NCBI GenBank assembly: GCA_964643995.1
Contig: CAZXUJ010000001.1
Coordinates: 337,492-401,491, forward strand
From: an uncultured Candidatus Saccharibacteria bacterium
Lineage (GTDB): Bacteria > Patescibacteriota > WWE3 > UBA101185 > UBA10185
DNA: 64,000 bases
Reading direction: 5' to 3'
Below are positions 46,744-56,220 of the stretch, in pieces. Each line of letters opens with the position of its first letter. The first letter of the stretch is position 1. The translations under genes and the position numbers were made by a program. Below the pieces are notes generated by a model that made no database searches, was not told where the DNA came from, and was given only the letters and a program-made list of their open reading frames with translations.

Positions 46744-49062
46744 CTAATCTCTCGCTCCTGGCCATTCGCTAATTATCAAAGGTTTTTCGTTAGGCAATAA
46801 ATTCAACCATATTTCTTCAGTCACAAAAGGCATAAATGGATGAAGCAACTTCAAAGATGTCAAATATAAGTGACGTAAAACCGGTAAGGCTACCTGTTTA
46901 TCCTCACGATTCTTTACATTTTCAATATAACTAGACGCCATGTCATCCCACATGAAATGATATATATCCTCCCCCGCTTGTGCGAATCTGTATTTTTCAA
47001 GGTTTTCGTTTGTTGAAATGATTAGAGAATTCATTTTGCTAAGCATTTCCCGATCAATGTCTTTGAGGGAATCAGTATCCAATCCGTTGAAGCTACAAAG
47101 AGTATTTCCAGTATCTTTTTGGTATGACTCCTCCATTAAACCCATGAATCTAGCCATATTCCAGATCTTATTTGCAAAATTCCTATAGCCTAAAACCTTA
47201 TCATGCGGAAACGCAAAGTCTTTACCACCAGCAGTACCAGATATTAAGCCCATACGTAAGGCATCCGCACCAAATTCACTTACATAGTCCAAAGGGTCAA
47301 CTTGATTACCCAAGCTTTTGCTCATTTTTCGACCATCCGATGCACGAACCAAACCATGTAAATAAACATCACTAAACGGTGGTTTACCTGTTAAGTAAAT
47401 GCCAAACATAATCATTCTTGAAACCCAAAAGCGGAGTATTTCCCAGCCGGTTTCCAATACTGCCGTAGGATAAAAGTAGTTAAAATCGGCACTGTCGGGA
47501 TAACCCAAAGTAACGAGCGGCCAATGCCCAGAAGAAAACCAAGTATCGAAGGTGTCTGTTTCTGGAAGCCACCTACCTGGCGTTTCAGGCTCTTTGTCAC
47601 TTATTTCGTACAAAATTTCGTCTTCAGATTTCTCCCATAAAGGAACCCGCAATTGTTGTAAACCTGATTTAATCTCGTCAAAAGGGAATTCCTTTAATAA
47701 ATCTTCAAGAGAGCCATTAAGTTGCCTACCATCTTTAGCAACAAAACTAAGAGTTACTAAAGACTCATGACCTTGTACGTTATACCAAACCGGAATACGT
47801 ATACCCCATACAATCTGACGACTAATCGGCCAATCATGCATTTCCTCCATCCAACGATGATATTTTGTTTCTTGCCACTCGGGATAGATCTTAACCTCAC
47901 CATTTTTTACAACATTAAGCGCCGGTTGTTTCAGGGATTTTTCTGGATGGTCCACACGAACAAACCAGTTAGGTAAGATAAGATTTTCAATTTGATTTTT
48001 GCATTTATAGCAAGTCGCAACAGAATGCTGGTACTTTTCATTAATATTTTCTTTTTTTAACAAACCCTTTGCAATTAGTATTTCTACAGCCTTAGCACGG
48101 GCTTGTTTAGCATATAAACCATCAAATCCAAGTTCGGTAGGAGAATTTATCATTTTTCCGTCAACGCCCACTGCAGTCATCAAGGGGAGTTTATGACGTT
48201 TAGCAGCTTCATAATCGTTCTTATCATGGGCTGGTGTTAACTTAACCACGCCGGTCCCAAACTCTGGGTCCACGAATGAATCAGCAATAATGGTCATCGA
48301 TGCCCCCGTAAGAGGGTTTTCAAGTTGGCGACCAATAAGCCACTTTTTACTTTCATCATCTGGGTTAACTGCTAAATGTGTGTCAACATAAATTGGCTCA
48401 GGTCGGGTGGTCGCAACTTGCACAAATTCTGGTTCATTAGAATGGCTATCCAGTAAGACGTAATCAATATAGTAAAGCGGGGTGTTTTTATCTGTATACT
48501 CTATTTCAAGATCTGAAAGGGTTGTTCCGCAGTGTGTACAGTAGTTAACCATATACTCACCTCGGTAAACTAACTCATCAGCATGCATCTTTTTGAAGGT
48601 TTTATGCACAGTCTGGATGACATCATCGTCTAAAGTGAATTTTTTACGCGACCAGTCGAGACTTGGGCCTAGGCTTCTAACCTGAGCATATATCACGTCA
48701 CCCTGCTCACGCACAAAATCATAGACCATGTTGTACAATGTTTTGCGGTCATAGTCCATCCTAGACTTACCTTCTTTTTTTAAATTTTTTTCAAAAACTG
48801 ACTGAGTCTCAAAACCCGCATGATCAGTTCCTGGTACCCACAAAGCAGAATAACCCTGCATTCTTTTCCAACGAATCAACAAGTCCTCGATTGCAATCAT
48901 CAAAGCATGCCCAACATGTAATTTACCGTTTGAGTTAGGTGGTGGCAAAACTATGGTATAGGACTTTTTAGCTGGGTCAGTTTTCGGAGTAAAATAACCA
49001 CCCTCTTCCCATAGATCGTAGATTTTTGGTTCTATTTCTTTGTGATTGTATGTTTTATTCAT
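46744..49062 (-). CDS. valS: Valine--tRNA ligase (no C-terminal coiled coil)
   Basis: PPPN..GKLHVGH, DHAG, TTRPE, DWPISRQ, DTWFSS, KMSKS, LLHPFMPFVTEE. Confidence 0.97.
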   Translation of the reverse strand: MNKTYNHKEIEPKIYDLWEEGGYFTPKTDPAKKSYTIVLPPPNSNGKLHVGHALMIAIEDLLIRWKRMQGYSALWVPGTDHAGFETQSVFEKNLKKEGKSRMDYDRKTLYNMVYDFVREQGDVIYAQVRSLGPSLDWSRKKFTLDDDVIQTVHKTFKKMHADELVYRGEYMVNYCTHCGTTLSDLEIEYTDKNTPLYYIDYVLLDSHSNEPEFVQVATTRPEPIYVDTHLAVNPDDESKKWLIGRQLENPLTGASMTIIADSFVDPEFGTGVVKLTPAHDKNDYEAAKRHKLPLMTAVGVDGKMINSPTELGFDGLYAKQARAKAVEILIAKGLLKKENINEKYQHSVATCYKCKNQIENLILPNWFVRVDHPEKSLKQPALNVVKNGEVKIYPEWQETKYHRWMEEMHDWPISRQIVWGIRIPVWYNVQGHESLVTLSFVAKDGRQLNGSLEDLLKEFPFDEIKSGLQQLRVPLWEKSEDEILYEISDKEPETPGRWLPETDTFDTWFSSGHWPLVTLGYPDSADFNYFYPTAVLETGWEILRFWVSRMIMFGIYLTGKPPFSDVYLHGLVRASDGRKMSKSLGNQVDPLDYVSEFGADALRMGLISGTAGGKDFAFPHDKVLGYRNFANKIWNMARFMGLMEESYQKDTGNTLCSFNGLDTDSLKDIDREMLSKMNSLIISTNENLEKYRFAQAGEDIYHFMWDDMASSYIENVKNREDKQVALPVLRHLYLTSLKLLHPFMPFVTEEIWLNLLPNEKPLIISEWPGARD

Positions 49063-49070
49063 AATTTTCC

Positions 49071-49307
49071 TTATTCCTCAACTTCTCCATCTACTGGCTT
49101 GGCTTCATTATCAAACGTAAACTTTCCTTCAGTTTTTTTCCTTTTGTAGTAATCAAGAATCATTGTTACAACCAAAAGCAAGTCCTCAGTGTAGCCCAAA
49201 GGCATTAACACATCAGGAATTAAATCAATAGGTGAAATAACGTAAACAACTACTAGAATTAACTTCCAATGCCTTTTTATAAAACTTTTTAGTTTCACTA
49301 AATTCAT
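49071..49307 (-). CDS. YkvA/DUF1232 small membrane protein
   Basis: YVISPIDLIPD...LGYTED; GGAG SD. Confidence 0.85.
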   Translation of the reverse strand: MNLVKLKSFIKRHWKLILVVVYVISPIDLIPDVLMPLGYTEDLLLVVTMILDYYKRKKTEGKFTFDNEAKPVDGEVEE

Positions 49308-49328
49308 AAAAAATGCTCCCTTAAAAAC

Positions 49329-49497
49329 AAAAAAACCTCTCACAACAGAGAGGTTCCATAATTAAATGGAAGGTACCAACCTTCAAACATACTTATTTAC
49401 AGCTGTAACGGGCATTCCCGACGGAGTCTAGCAATAAGGCGCACCTTATGTTCTTTCCGCAGCTCGCTTGGTGACATTACTTCCAAGCTCAACGCTT
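49329..49497 (-). promoter_or_regulatory. Val T-box riboswitch (transcriptional) upstream of the DUF1232-valS operon
   Basis: Short Stem I with GUC, Stem II, CGGG-AAUG-CCCGUUA (IIA/B), UGGUACC T-box bulge, terminator AACCUCUC/GAGAGGUU plus U-tract; TTGCAA-17-TAAAAT promoter upstream. Confidence 0.85.
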
Positions 49498-49567
49498 TTT
49501 TGACTTATTTGCAATTTTATACATAATAGCGATTGTTTGCAAATATCACGTATGAGGAGGCTTGGTC

Positions 49568-49813
49568 ATGTTAAGAAATAGTACGGTATGCCCACATTGT
49601 GGGCGAATTCTGAGGTATTGGTTTTTTGCACCAATGTGGTGCAAAGGTTGCGGATGGGATTTTGTTACCAATGTTTTCCGAAAAATTCGTGACAATGGAA
49701 AATGTGTTTGCGGGCATTCAGCCGCAATGCACAGTCTAAGTAACGGGGGATGTCGGAAACGTGATTGTTACTGCGACGGGTTCATATCAAAAGGCACAAA
49801 TCTGTTCGAGTAA
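49568..49813 (+). CDS. Small Cys/His-rich zinc-finger protein
   Basis: CPHC, CKGC, CVCGH...H...C...C.C; GAGGAGG SD. Confidence 0.65.
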   Translation: MLRNSTVCPHCGRILRYWFFAPMWCKGCGWDFVTNVFRKIRDNGKCVCGHSAAMHSLSNGGCRKRDCYCDGFISKGTNLFE

Positions 49814-49869
49814 CAAAACTCAGTGCTTGTGGGAAGAACCCAATTAGTATACCTACACGCACTGGTTAT

Positions 49870-50607
49870 TTATTCAAAATTTTTTAGGAAATACATCAAA
49901 GCAATACCAACTAAAAACAATAATGTTGATATTATCGAACGCTGAAGGTCGTCATCCTTGCGCAGTTCTGGCAAGAGGTCAGACGTTGATACATAAATAA
50001 AACCCCCAGCAGCGAAAGGAAGCAAAAATCCTAAAAGTATTTCAGTGTAAGATGATAGAAAATACCCTGTTATTCCACCCAAGACAGCGGTTAAAGCAAC
50101 AAGAAGGTTCATTAAGAGAGCCTTTCGTTTTTCGACCCCAGAATAAACTAGGACTCCATAATCGCTTATTTCCTGAGGCACTTCATGAAAAGTTAATGCC
50201 ACAGTGGAAGCAATACCTAGGGGAACACTTACTAAAAATGTTCCTGCAATAATCATGCCATCAATAAAATTGTGAATTGCATCACCAATAAGATTCATGT
50301 GACCAAAAGTATGCTCTTCGCAAGACGCATCGTGACAATGACGCCAGTGCAAAAGTTTTTCTATGAGAAAAAACGTAATAAATGACAGTACTGTAATAAG
50401 AAAAACATTATCAAGTGCCATGCTTTCGGCTGCCTCAGGGAGTAAATGAAAGAAGGCACCACCTAGCAAAGTACCAGTAGATAGACCAACCAAATAGATT
50501 AAAACTCTACCCATCAACTTTGGACTTAGTGACAGGACCAGAATCCCAACCAATGAAAGAAGACTTATAAAGGTCGTTGTTAAAATAATGTAGGTCAATA
50601 TGCTCAT
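49870..50607 (-). CDS. ZIP family metal transporter
   Basis: FFHLLPEA, HWRHCH, GDAIHNFIDG, HEVPQE, DLLPEL. Confidence 0.95.
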   Translation of the reverse strand: MSILTYIILTTTFISLLSLVGILVLSLSPKLMGRVLIYLVGLSTGTLLGGAFFHLLPEAAESMALDNVFLITVLSFITFFLIEKLLHWRHCHDASCEEHTFGHMNLIGDAIHNFIDGMIIAGTFLVSVPLGIASTVALTFHEVPQEISDYGVLVYSGVEKRKALLMNLLVALTAVLGGITGYFLSSYTEILLGFLLPFAAGGFIYVSTSDLLPELRKDDDLQRSIISTLLFLVGIALMYFLKNFE

Positions 50608-50637
50608 ATAGATATATTTTATTGATAAAATGAATAT

Positions 50638-51177
50638 ATGCAAAATAATCTAGAAGTGGCTACGTTTGCTGGAGGATGTTTCTGGTGTACCGAGGCGATA
50701 TTTAAGCGCATAAATGGTGTATCAAAGGTTTCATCCGGATATTCAGGCGGTGATATCGAAAACCCCACATATGAGCAAGTATGCAGAAAGGATACTGGGC
50801 ACGCCGAAGCAGTTCAATTAGAATTCGATCCAAAAGTAATCGCCTACAAGGATTTAGTTGAGATATTCTTTAACACTCATGATCCTACAACGTTGAATAG
50901 ACAGGGTAATGATGTAGGACCCCAGTATAGATCTGTTATCTTTTATCATAATGAACAACAACAAAGAGAGGCTAACGATGTCAAAAATGCGCTGGAAATA
51001 AGCAACAAATCTGCGAAACCAATTGTTACAAAGGTAGAAAAGTTCAAAAACTTTTACATAGCCGAAAAATATCATCAGAACTTTTTCGCCGAGAATCAGA
51101 CATACCCATACTGCCAATTGATAATAGAGCCAAAGGTGAAAAAGTTTCTAAACGACTACAAAGATGTTACAAGTTAA
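50638..51177 (+). CDS. msrA: Peptide-methionine (S)-S-oxide reductase
   Basis: GGCFWC, GYSGG, GHAE, HDPT..NRQGNDVG.QYRS, AE.YHQ. Confidence 0.97.
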   Translation: MQNNLEVATFAGGCFWCTEAIFKRINGVSKVSSGYSGGDIENPTYEQVCRKDTGHAEAVQLEFDPKVIAYKDLVEIFFNTHDPTTLNRQGNDVGPQYRSVIFYHNEQQQREANDVKNALEISNKSAKPIVTKVEKFKNFYIAEKYHQNFFAENQTYPYCQLIIEPKVKKFLNDYKDVTS

Positions 51178-51694
51178 CGAAATTCATTAGGGCTTCTTTT
51201 GAAGTTGCGGCAAGCTCGCCTCGAGCAGCCATCTCCTTGATCTCATCCCTTGTACACCACAATGACGTCGTATGTTCAGGTGAATGACTGACTTCGTAAC
51301 CGTCAGTTAGAGCTATTTGAAGATAAGTGTTGGCGGGTACGCCATCATACTTCCCACCCTTCATAACACGGGTACTTTGCATATCTAGCTGATCTGGGAG
51401 AGTTATTTGTAACCCTGTTTCCTCAGCTACTTCACGAACTATACTTTCTGCGACAGTCTCACCGGGGTCAATTTTTCCTCCTGGGAGTTCAAACTTACCG
51501 GCATCAAATGAACCTTCTGAACGCTGTAATAATAGGGCACATGTTTGGCCATTTACTTCACTTAAGATGATAGCGCGCGCCATGTTAAGTTCTTTTGGGG
51601 TTTCAACTGATGGTATTGTGTTTGGAGACACAAAAGCGACTTCTGGTAAGGGAGACACAATTTCATGTGTTGCTGATTCTGTTCTTGGTGCCAT
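51167..51694 (-). CDS. NUDIX hydrolase
   Basis: GGKIDPGETVAESIVREVAEETGL Nudix box. Confidence 0.9.
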   Translation of the reverse strand: MAPRTESATHEIVSPLPEVAFVSPNTIPSVETPKELNMARAIILSEVNGQTCALLLQRSEGSFDAGKFELPGGKIDPGETVAESIVREVAEETGLQITLPDQLDMQSTRVMKGGKYDGVPANTYLQIALTDGYEVSHSPEHTTSLWCTRDEIKEMAARGELAATSKEALMNFVNL

Positions 51695-51734
51695 TAATAA
51701 ATAATGCTATATATAATAAAAAATGTCTACAAAA

Positions 51735-51763
51735 TTGACACTATTTGGGAGCAGGAATATAAC
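51735..51763 (+). promoter_or_regulatory. Sigma70-type promoter for tRNA-Pro(CGG) precursor
   Basis: TTGACA-17 nt-TATAAC. Confidence 0.65.
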
Positions 51764-51774
51764 TAAGTGAATGT

Positions 51775-51847
51775 CGGGGTGTGACGTGATGAGTACATCA
51801 CTACCACCCCTCCTTCGTCGGGGTGTGACGCTGACGCTACCACCCCT
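51775..51847 (+). repeat. Two tandem acceptor-stem-mimic hairpins in tRNA-Pro(CGG) leader
   Basis: 51775-51811 CGGGGTG TGAC GTGATG AGTA CATCAC TAC CACCCCT; 51819-51847 CGGGGTG TGAC GC TGAC GC TAC CACCCCT. Confidence 0.85.
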
Positions 51848-51855
51848 CATTTCTT

Positions 51856-51931
51856 CGGGGTGTAGCTCAGTTGGTAGAGTGCACGATTCGGGTTCGTGAG
51901 GCCGAGCGTTCGAGTCGCTCCACCCCGACCA
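51856..51931 (+). tRNA. tRNA-Pro(CGG)
   Basis: CGGGGTG...CACCCCG ACCA; anticodon arm CACGA-TTCGGGT-TCGTG; TTCGAGT T-loop. Confidence 0.97.
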
Positions 51932-51992
51932 GTAAACTAATTTCATAGTGTTACATATTGCAATATATATTGGTGTTTAGTAATGTTTAGAA

Positions 51993-52247
51993 GTGGATAA
52001 ACTTTCAAGTAAACAATTACTGATAAATCTCTCAAAATTCGTTGCCGAACTAAGCATAAGACTAACATCGTTAGAGAACAAAGTAGAAGTGATGACTAAA
52101 AGAACTGAATCCTATCCAAAACTATACGAAAACGTGGATAAGATCTTGAAAGAAGTGGTGGAACATAGGCAGGAAAGGGCTTTTATTTCAAACAGACTGG
52201 CCTTACACGACAAACAACTTGCGAAACTAAGCTCCTCACATCAATGA
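51993..52247 (+). CDS. Small coiled-coil hypothetical protein
   Basis: Heptad-like pattern; GTG start. Confidence 0.55.
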   Translation: MDKLSSKQLLINLSKFVAELSIRLTSLENKVEVMTKRTESYPKLYENVDKILKEVVEHRQERAFISNRLALHDKQLAKLSSSHQ

Positions 52248-53442
52248 TATTGGCTAATATCAAAAAGAGACATACTACAGCTATAAATTGGTCTCGATAA
52301 GTAAACCAGAAGTGTATGTAGGCGTGGTTAGCTGCAAACATATACCACAGATAAGGCAACAACCCTAAAAACAATAAAGTAATAATTTTTGGTAATTGTT
52401 CACGTCGAAAATTGTGGAACTTAACAATCAGAAAAACGACCATAAGGATAATTGTAAGCAAGACAGGTGGGTTATTGCCTAAAAGATAGAATAGATTGTA
52501 TTTGATGACTTCTTGATGGGCTAATCCAGCACTATCCATACTACCTGTTCGTAATAAGACATTAACTACCGCGGTAGAGATAGAACCTGGAATAACTAAC
52601 TCAGCTAAAAACCACTTTGTAAGCCAAAACCCCGACCAACCAGAAAACCAAGACAAACAGTTAAGTAAAAGCTTTCGGTTAGAATAGTTCTGAAGCTCCG
52701 CAGATACTAGTAACAACAAGCCAAGCGCGAAGATAGGGGCACTCAGCAAATCAATAAAAACGGTCAATATTCCTGACACAAAGAAAATGATATATAAGTC
52801 TTTTTCTGGTCTAAAAGTATGCAACATATAGGTTACGATGATGAAGTTCAAAATAAAAATACCCGAAAGGTGAATCGACCAACCAACAAACAACACATCC
52901 ACTGCAAGTAAACCTAAAACAATCGAGAAAAAAAATGTTTTTGTGGTCTTGTTCCATAAATTGTAAAGAAATACCCCTAAACTAAAAAGTAGCGAAGCAG
53001 TTAGTAAAATACGGATTTCGGCATAAGAAAAAAATACCAAAAGTGGTCGCAGATAAACAAGATACCCATGCCAATATCTAGAATATTCTACCGGACTAGT
53101 TAAACCACTATTATGTAATTGCTCTAGATTTTCAATTTGGTGTAGGTAATTACCATCAGCTTCTTGCCTAACATTGGCGAGAGATGAAAGAATCGGAGAA
53201 GTACTGTCAACCGAATACGCAGTATTTAACATTAATAGATCACCAAAATTATCATTCTGAACTTGTCGCCAAGTCGGTCCAATCTTCGGATACAAGCCTT
53301 CACTCTTCAATACTGGAATACTCTTACCAATATTATCACGCAAATAGCTCGAGGGAATCATACACGACAACACTAACAAACCAAACAATACCAACAATAA
53401 AACAACATAAACATAAAAAAACTTTAGTAGCTGGTTAAACAT
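52183..53442 (-). CDS. Multi-TM membrane protein (GT-C-like, uncharacterised)
   Basis: YSRYWHGY, NHAYIH.WFTYR motifs; about 10 TMs. Confidence 0.7.
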   Translation of the reverse strand: MFNQLLKFFYVYVVLLLVLFGLLVLSCMIPSSYLRDNIGKSIPVLKSEGLYPKIGPTWRQVQNDNFGDLLMLNTAYSVDSTSPILSSLANVRQEADGNYLHQIENLEQLHNSGLTSPVEYSRYWHGYLVYLRPLLVFFSYAEIRILLTASLLFSLGVFLYNLWNKTTKTFFFSIVLGLLAVDVLFVGWSIHLSGIFILNFIIVTYMLHTFRPEKDLYIIFFVSGILTVFIDLLSAPIFALGLLLLVSAELQNYSNRKLLLNCLSWFSGWSGFWLTKWFLAELVIPGSISTAVVNVLLRTGSMDSAGLAHQEVIKYNLFYLLGNNPPVLLTIILMVVFLIVKFHNFRREQLPKIITLLFLGLLPYLWYMFAANHAYIHFWFTYRDQFIAVVCLFLILANIIDVRSLVSQVVCRVRPVCLK

Positions 53443-53453
53443 TTATAAAGTCA

Positions 53454-54428
53454 TTATAAACGAGATTTTGTAGACGCAGTCATATCAGCAAGAACTACTA
53501 GGCCAAGGAAAATAGTAAACCCAATAAGTCCTGTAGTTAGTCCAATATGGAATTTTTCATGCATCAAAAGTATCGCTTCGGAAAAAGATTTGTAAGCAAG
53601 ATATATAAAAGCGTAAGCAGCCAAGATGGATAACAAGGGACTAACAACAATTTTTTTTGTTAGAGCGGGTGAAGTGAAGATAAGAATATCGATTAAAATG
53701 TCTGCAAAGTAAATGCCTATCAATAAGCTAAAAACATTATAGATAGTCATTGCACCCATATAGCCTACAAGGTCGTCTAGACCAATTATAAAAGGCAGAA
53801 AAAATGACCAGCTGGCTAGACTCTTAAGTGACATTTTCTTGACATTAGGACTACCAAGTTCTGGCATCCAAAAGGTGAAAAGTCTAGTGGGATAATATAA
53901 AACTTCAAGGAGTGTAGTAGTAAATCTGCTAAAGTATTTGTTGATGTTTGAGTGTTCATCAAAGTATTCTTTACCCTCATAAGCTAGTTTTAGCATTACG
54001 CTTCCTGCAAATATTAACAAGGGCAATATTAGCCAAGAGATTTCTTTAGCGTAACCCCACAAAAACAAAACAACACTCACACCAACAAAACAACCCACAC
54101 ATGTGAATACATTCATGATAAAACGTGCTCTTAGTCCGGGGTTTACATTTTGCATGCGTCCTACTATCAAAGCGTAATCCACAGCAGTAACAAAATATAG
54201 AAAAAAACCAACAATGAAATCAAGCGGGCGCAAAATTAGCTGAATAGGCTCAGTTATAGAAGGATTAATAAAAAAAACAATAAAAAAGCGTGACAACTCT
54301 ACAAAAGCGAAAAACAACACAATGCAAACAATGATAGGAAGCAATTGGTTAACGATACGCGTCTTAGTACTATTAGGCGTGGAGTCAATTTTCTCTATAA
54401 AATTATTTAGCTTTCGGAGAAGTTGCAT
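53454..54428 (-). CDS. Multi-TM membrane protein (possibly LysE/CadD superfamily)
   Basis: Two hydrophobic halves with TAVDY and GLDDL acidic motifs. Confidence 0.55.
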   Translation of the reverse strand: MQLLRKLNNFIEKIDSTPNSTKTRIVNQLLPIIVCIVLFFAFVELSRFFIVFFINPSITEPIQLILRPLDFIVGFFLYFVTAVDYALIVGRMQNVNPGLRARFIMNVFTCVGCFVGVSVVLFLWGYAKEISWLILPLLIFAGSVMLKLAYEGKEYFDEHSNINKYFSRFTTTLLEVLYYPTRLFTFWMPELGSPNVKKMSLKSLASWSFFLPFIIGLDDLVGYMGAMTIYNVFSLLIGIYFADILIDILIFTSPALTKKIVVSPLLSILAAYAFIYLAYKSFSEAILLMHEKFHIGLTTGLIGFTIFLGLVVLADMTASTKSRL

Positions 54429-54493
54429 AGTCTCTTCGTATTTATTGTGTCAAATATTACCAAGAAAAGTGTACAGTACAAAGAAACTAAGAG

Positions 54494-54521
54494 TTGACAC
54501 CCCCTATAGACTTTGTACAAT
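54494..54521 (+). promoter_or_regulatory. Promoter of proS
   Basis: TTGACA-16 nt-TACAAT. Confidence 0.6.
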
Positions 54522-54540
54522 GACTTAAAGATAGGCAAAA

Positions 54541-56220
54541 ATGAGATACTCCAAACTTTTCGGCAAAACAGTCAAACAAGCAAAAAAAGACATGTCTGCA
54601 ACTTCACACAAGTTGTTGTATCAAGGTGGATTTATAAGAGAAAGTGTTGCCGGCAGATATTACATGCTGCCTCTCGGAATGCGAGTGCGCAATAAAATTA
54701 TTGGGATTATACGTGAAGAAATGGATAAAACTGGCGCACAAGAAATGTTATCCCCAGTACTCCACCCTCTTGAATTATGGAAAGAAACCAATCGAACTAA
54801 TACAGCAGGCTTTGAGCTCATGGTTGTAGCTGACAGGCGCGGTGGTGAATTTGCCTTAGGCGGAACAGGAGAGGAAATGTTCGTTGATGCAGTACGCGGA
54901 TTTACACTGTCTTATAAGGATCTTCCTATAAATATCTACCAGGTATCTTCAAAGTTTCGTGATGAGATTAGAGTCAAGGGCGGTTTGATGAGAACACGTG
55001 AATTTACCATGAAAGATGCTTATTCCTTTCACACTGACGAGGAAGAATTCAAAACAGAGTATGCCGTAATGGCTAGCACTTACACCCAAATTTTTAAAAG
55101 ATTAGGACTCGCTACAACTATGGTTCTTGCAGACAATGGCTACATCGGAGGCGAATACTGTCATGAGTTTGTAGTTGAGAATGATGCAGGGGAAAGCAGA
55201 TATTTTGTAAGTGAGGATGGTAAATATATTGCACATGAAGATGTCGCCGAATTTATACGTAATGAAGTAAATGTTGATGATGAGATTTTAGACTTAGAGA
55301 CTATTGAGCAACCTGAATGGGTTCAAACTATGGAGCATAACGAAAAGCATTACAAACTACCTGCGAGCAGATTTTTAAAGAATGTTGTTTATAAAAACCG
55401 AGTAACAAACGAGATAATTATTGCCGTGATAAGAGGCGACCTTGAGATCAACAAAACAAAACTTGAGCATGTTCTTGATGCAGTAGGACAGCTCGATGAC
55501 GCTACGGACGAAGACCTACAAAAACTAGATACAAAAACAGGTTATGTTCATTCATGGGGGCATACTGCTAGATATATCGGAGATGTTTCATTAAAGACAG
55601 TGAAAAACTTTATTGGGGGACAAAAAGAAGAAAAAACCGACACTCGAAACGTTAACTATGGAAGAGATTTTTCATGTGAGATTTTAGCAGATATTGCCTT
55701 GGCAAAAGACGGTTTTACTGCACCAAACGGCAGCAAACTGATCGAGAAAAAGGGTATTGAGGTCGGAAATATTTTCCAGCTTGGACTTCATTACTCAACA
55801 AAAATGGCAAATGCTGTCTTCACTTCTCAAGAAGGCACAGAAGTCCCTTACTATATGGGTTGTTACGGAATCGGTATCGAACGAACACTAGCAACAATAG
55901 TTGAAAATCATAGTGATGAGCGAGGGATAATTTGGCCTGAAAACGTAGCACCGTTTAAAGTGCACTTAATTGGACTTAATCTTGAAGATGAGCAAATCCG
56001 TAGCAAGGCCGAAGAAATATATAACCAACTTACCAAACAAGGCGTAGAAGTGTTGTTTGATGACCGCTTTGAAAGTTCAGCAGGTGAAAAGTTTGCGGAT
56101 GCTGATCTTATCGGATGTCCTTATAGAGTGGTGGTCTCAAAAAAAACAGGAGATCAAGTCGAAGTTAAAAAACGAAATGAAAAAGAAGCTAAATTAGTAG
56201 ACCTAGCCAATATCTTCTAG
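54541..56220 (+). CDS. proS: Proline--tRNA ligase (with INS editing domain)
   Basis: KFRDEIR..GGLMRTREFTMKDAYSF, GIEVGNIFQLG, MGCYGIG, GEKFADADLIG. Confidence 0.97.
   Translation: MRYSKLFGKTVKQAKKDMSATSHKLLYQGGFIRESVAGRYYMLPLGMRVRNKIIGIIREEMDKTGAQEMLSPVLHPLELWKETNRTNTAGFELMVVADRRGGEFALGGTGEEMFVDAVRGFTLSYKDLPINIYQVSSKFRDEIRVKGGLMRTREFTMKDAYSFHTDEEEFKTEYAVMASTYTQIFKRLGLATTMVLADNGYIGGEYCHEFVVENDAGESRYFVSEDGKYIAHEDVAEFIRNEVNVDDEILDLETIEQPEWVQTMEHNEKHYKLPASRFLKNVVYKNRVTNEIIIAVIRGDLEINKTKLEHVLDAVGQLDDATDEDLQKLDTKTGYVHSWGHTARYIGDVSLKTVKNFIGGQKEEKTDTRNVNYGRDFSCEILADIALAKDGFTAPNGSKLIEKKGIEVGNIFQLGLHYSTKMANAVFTSQEGTEVPYYMGCYGIGIERTLATIVENHSDERGIIWPENVAPFKVHLIGLNLEDEQIRSKAEEIYNQLTKQGVEVLFDDRFESSAGEKFADADLIGCPYRVVVSKKTGDQVEVKKRNEKEAKLVDLANIF

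Noticed and set aside
46720-46762. Inverted repeat GGAGGCGAGAGAT/ATCTCTCGCTCC
   Set aside because: Lies between convergent truB and valS; adequately explained as a terminator
51775-51862. CRISPR mini-array
   Set aside because: The repeated part is the tRNA 5' end, the intervening sequences are related hairpins rather than unique spacers, and no cas genes are present
51707-51946. 79-aa minus-strand ORF
   Set aside because: Antisense reading of tRNA-Pro(CGG) and its leader repeats
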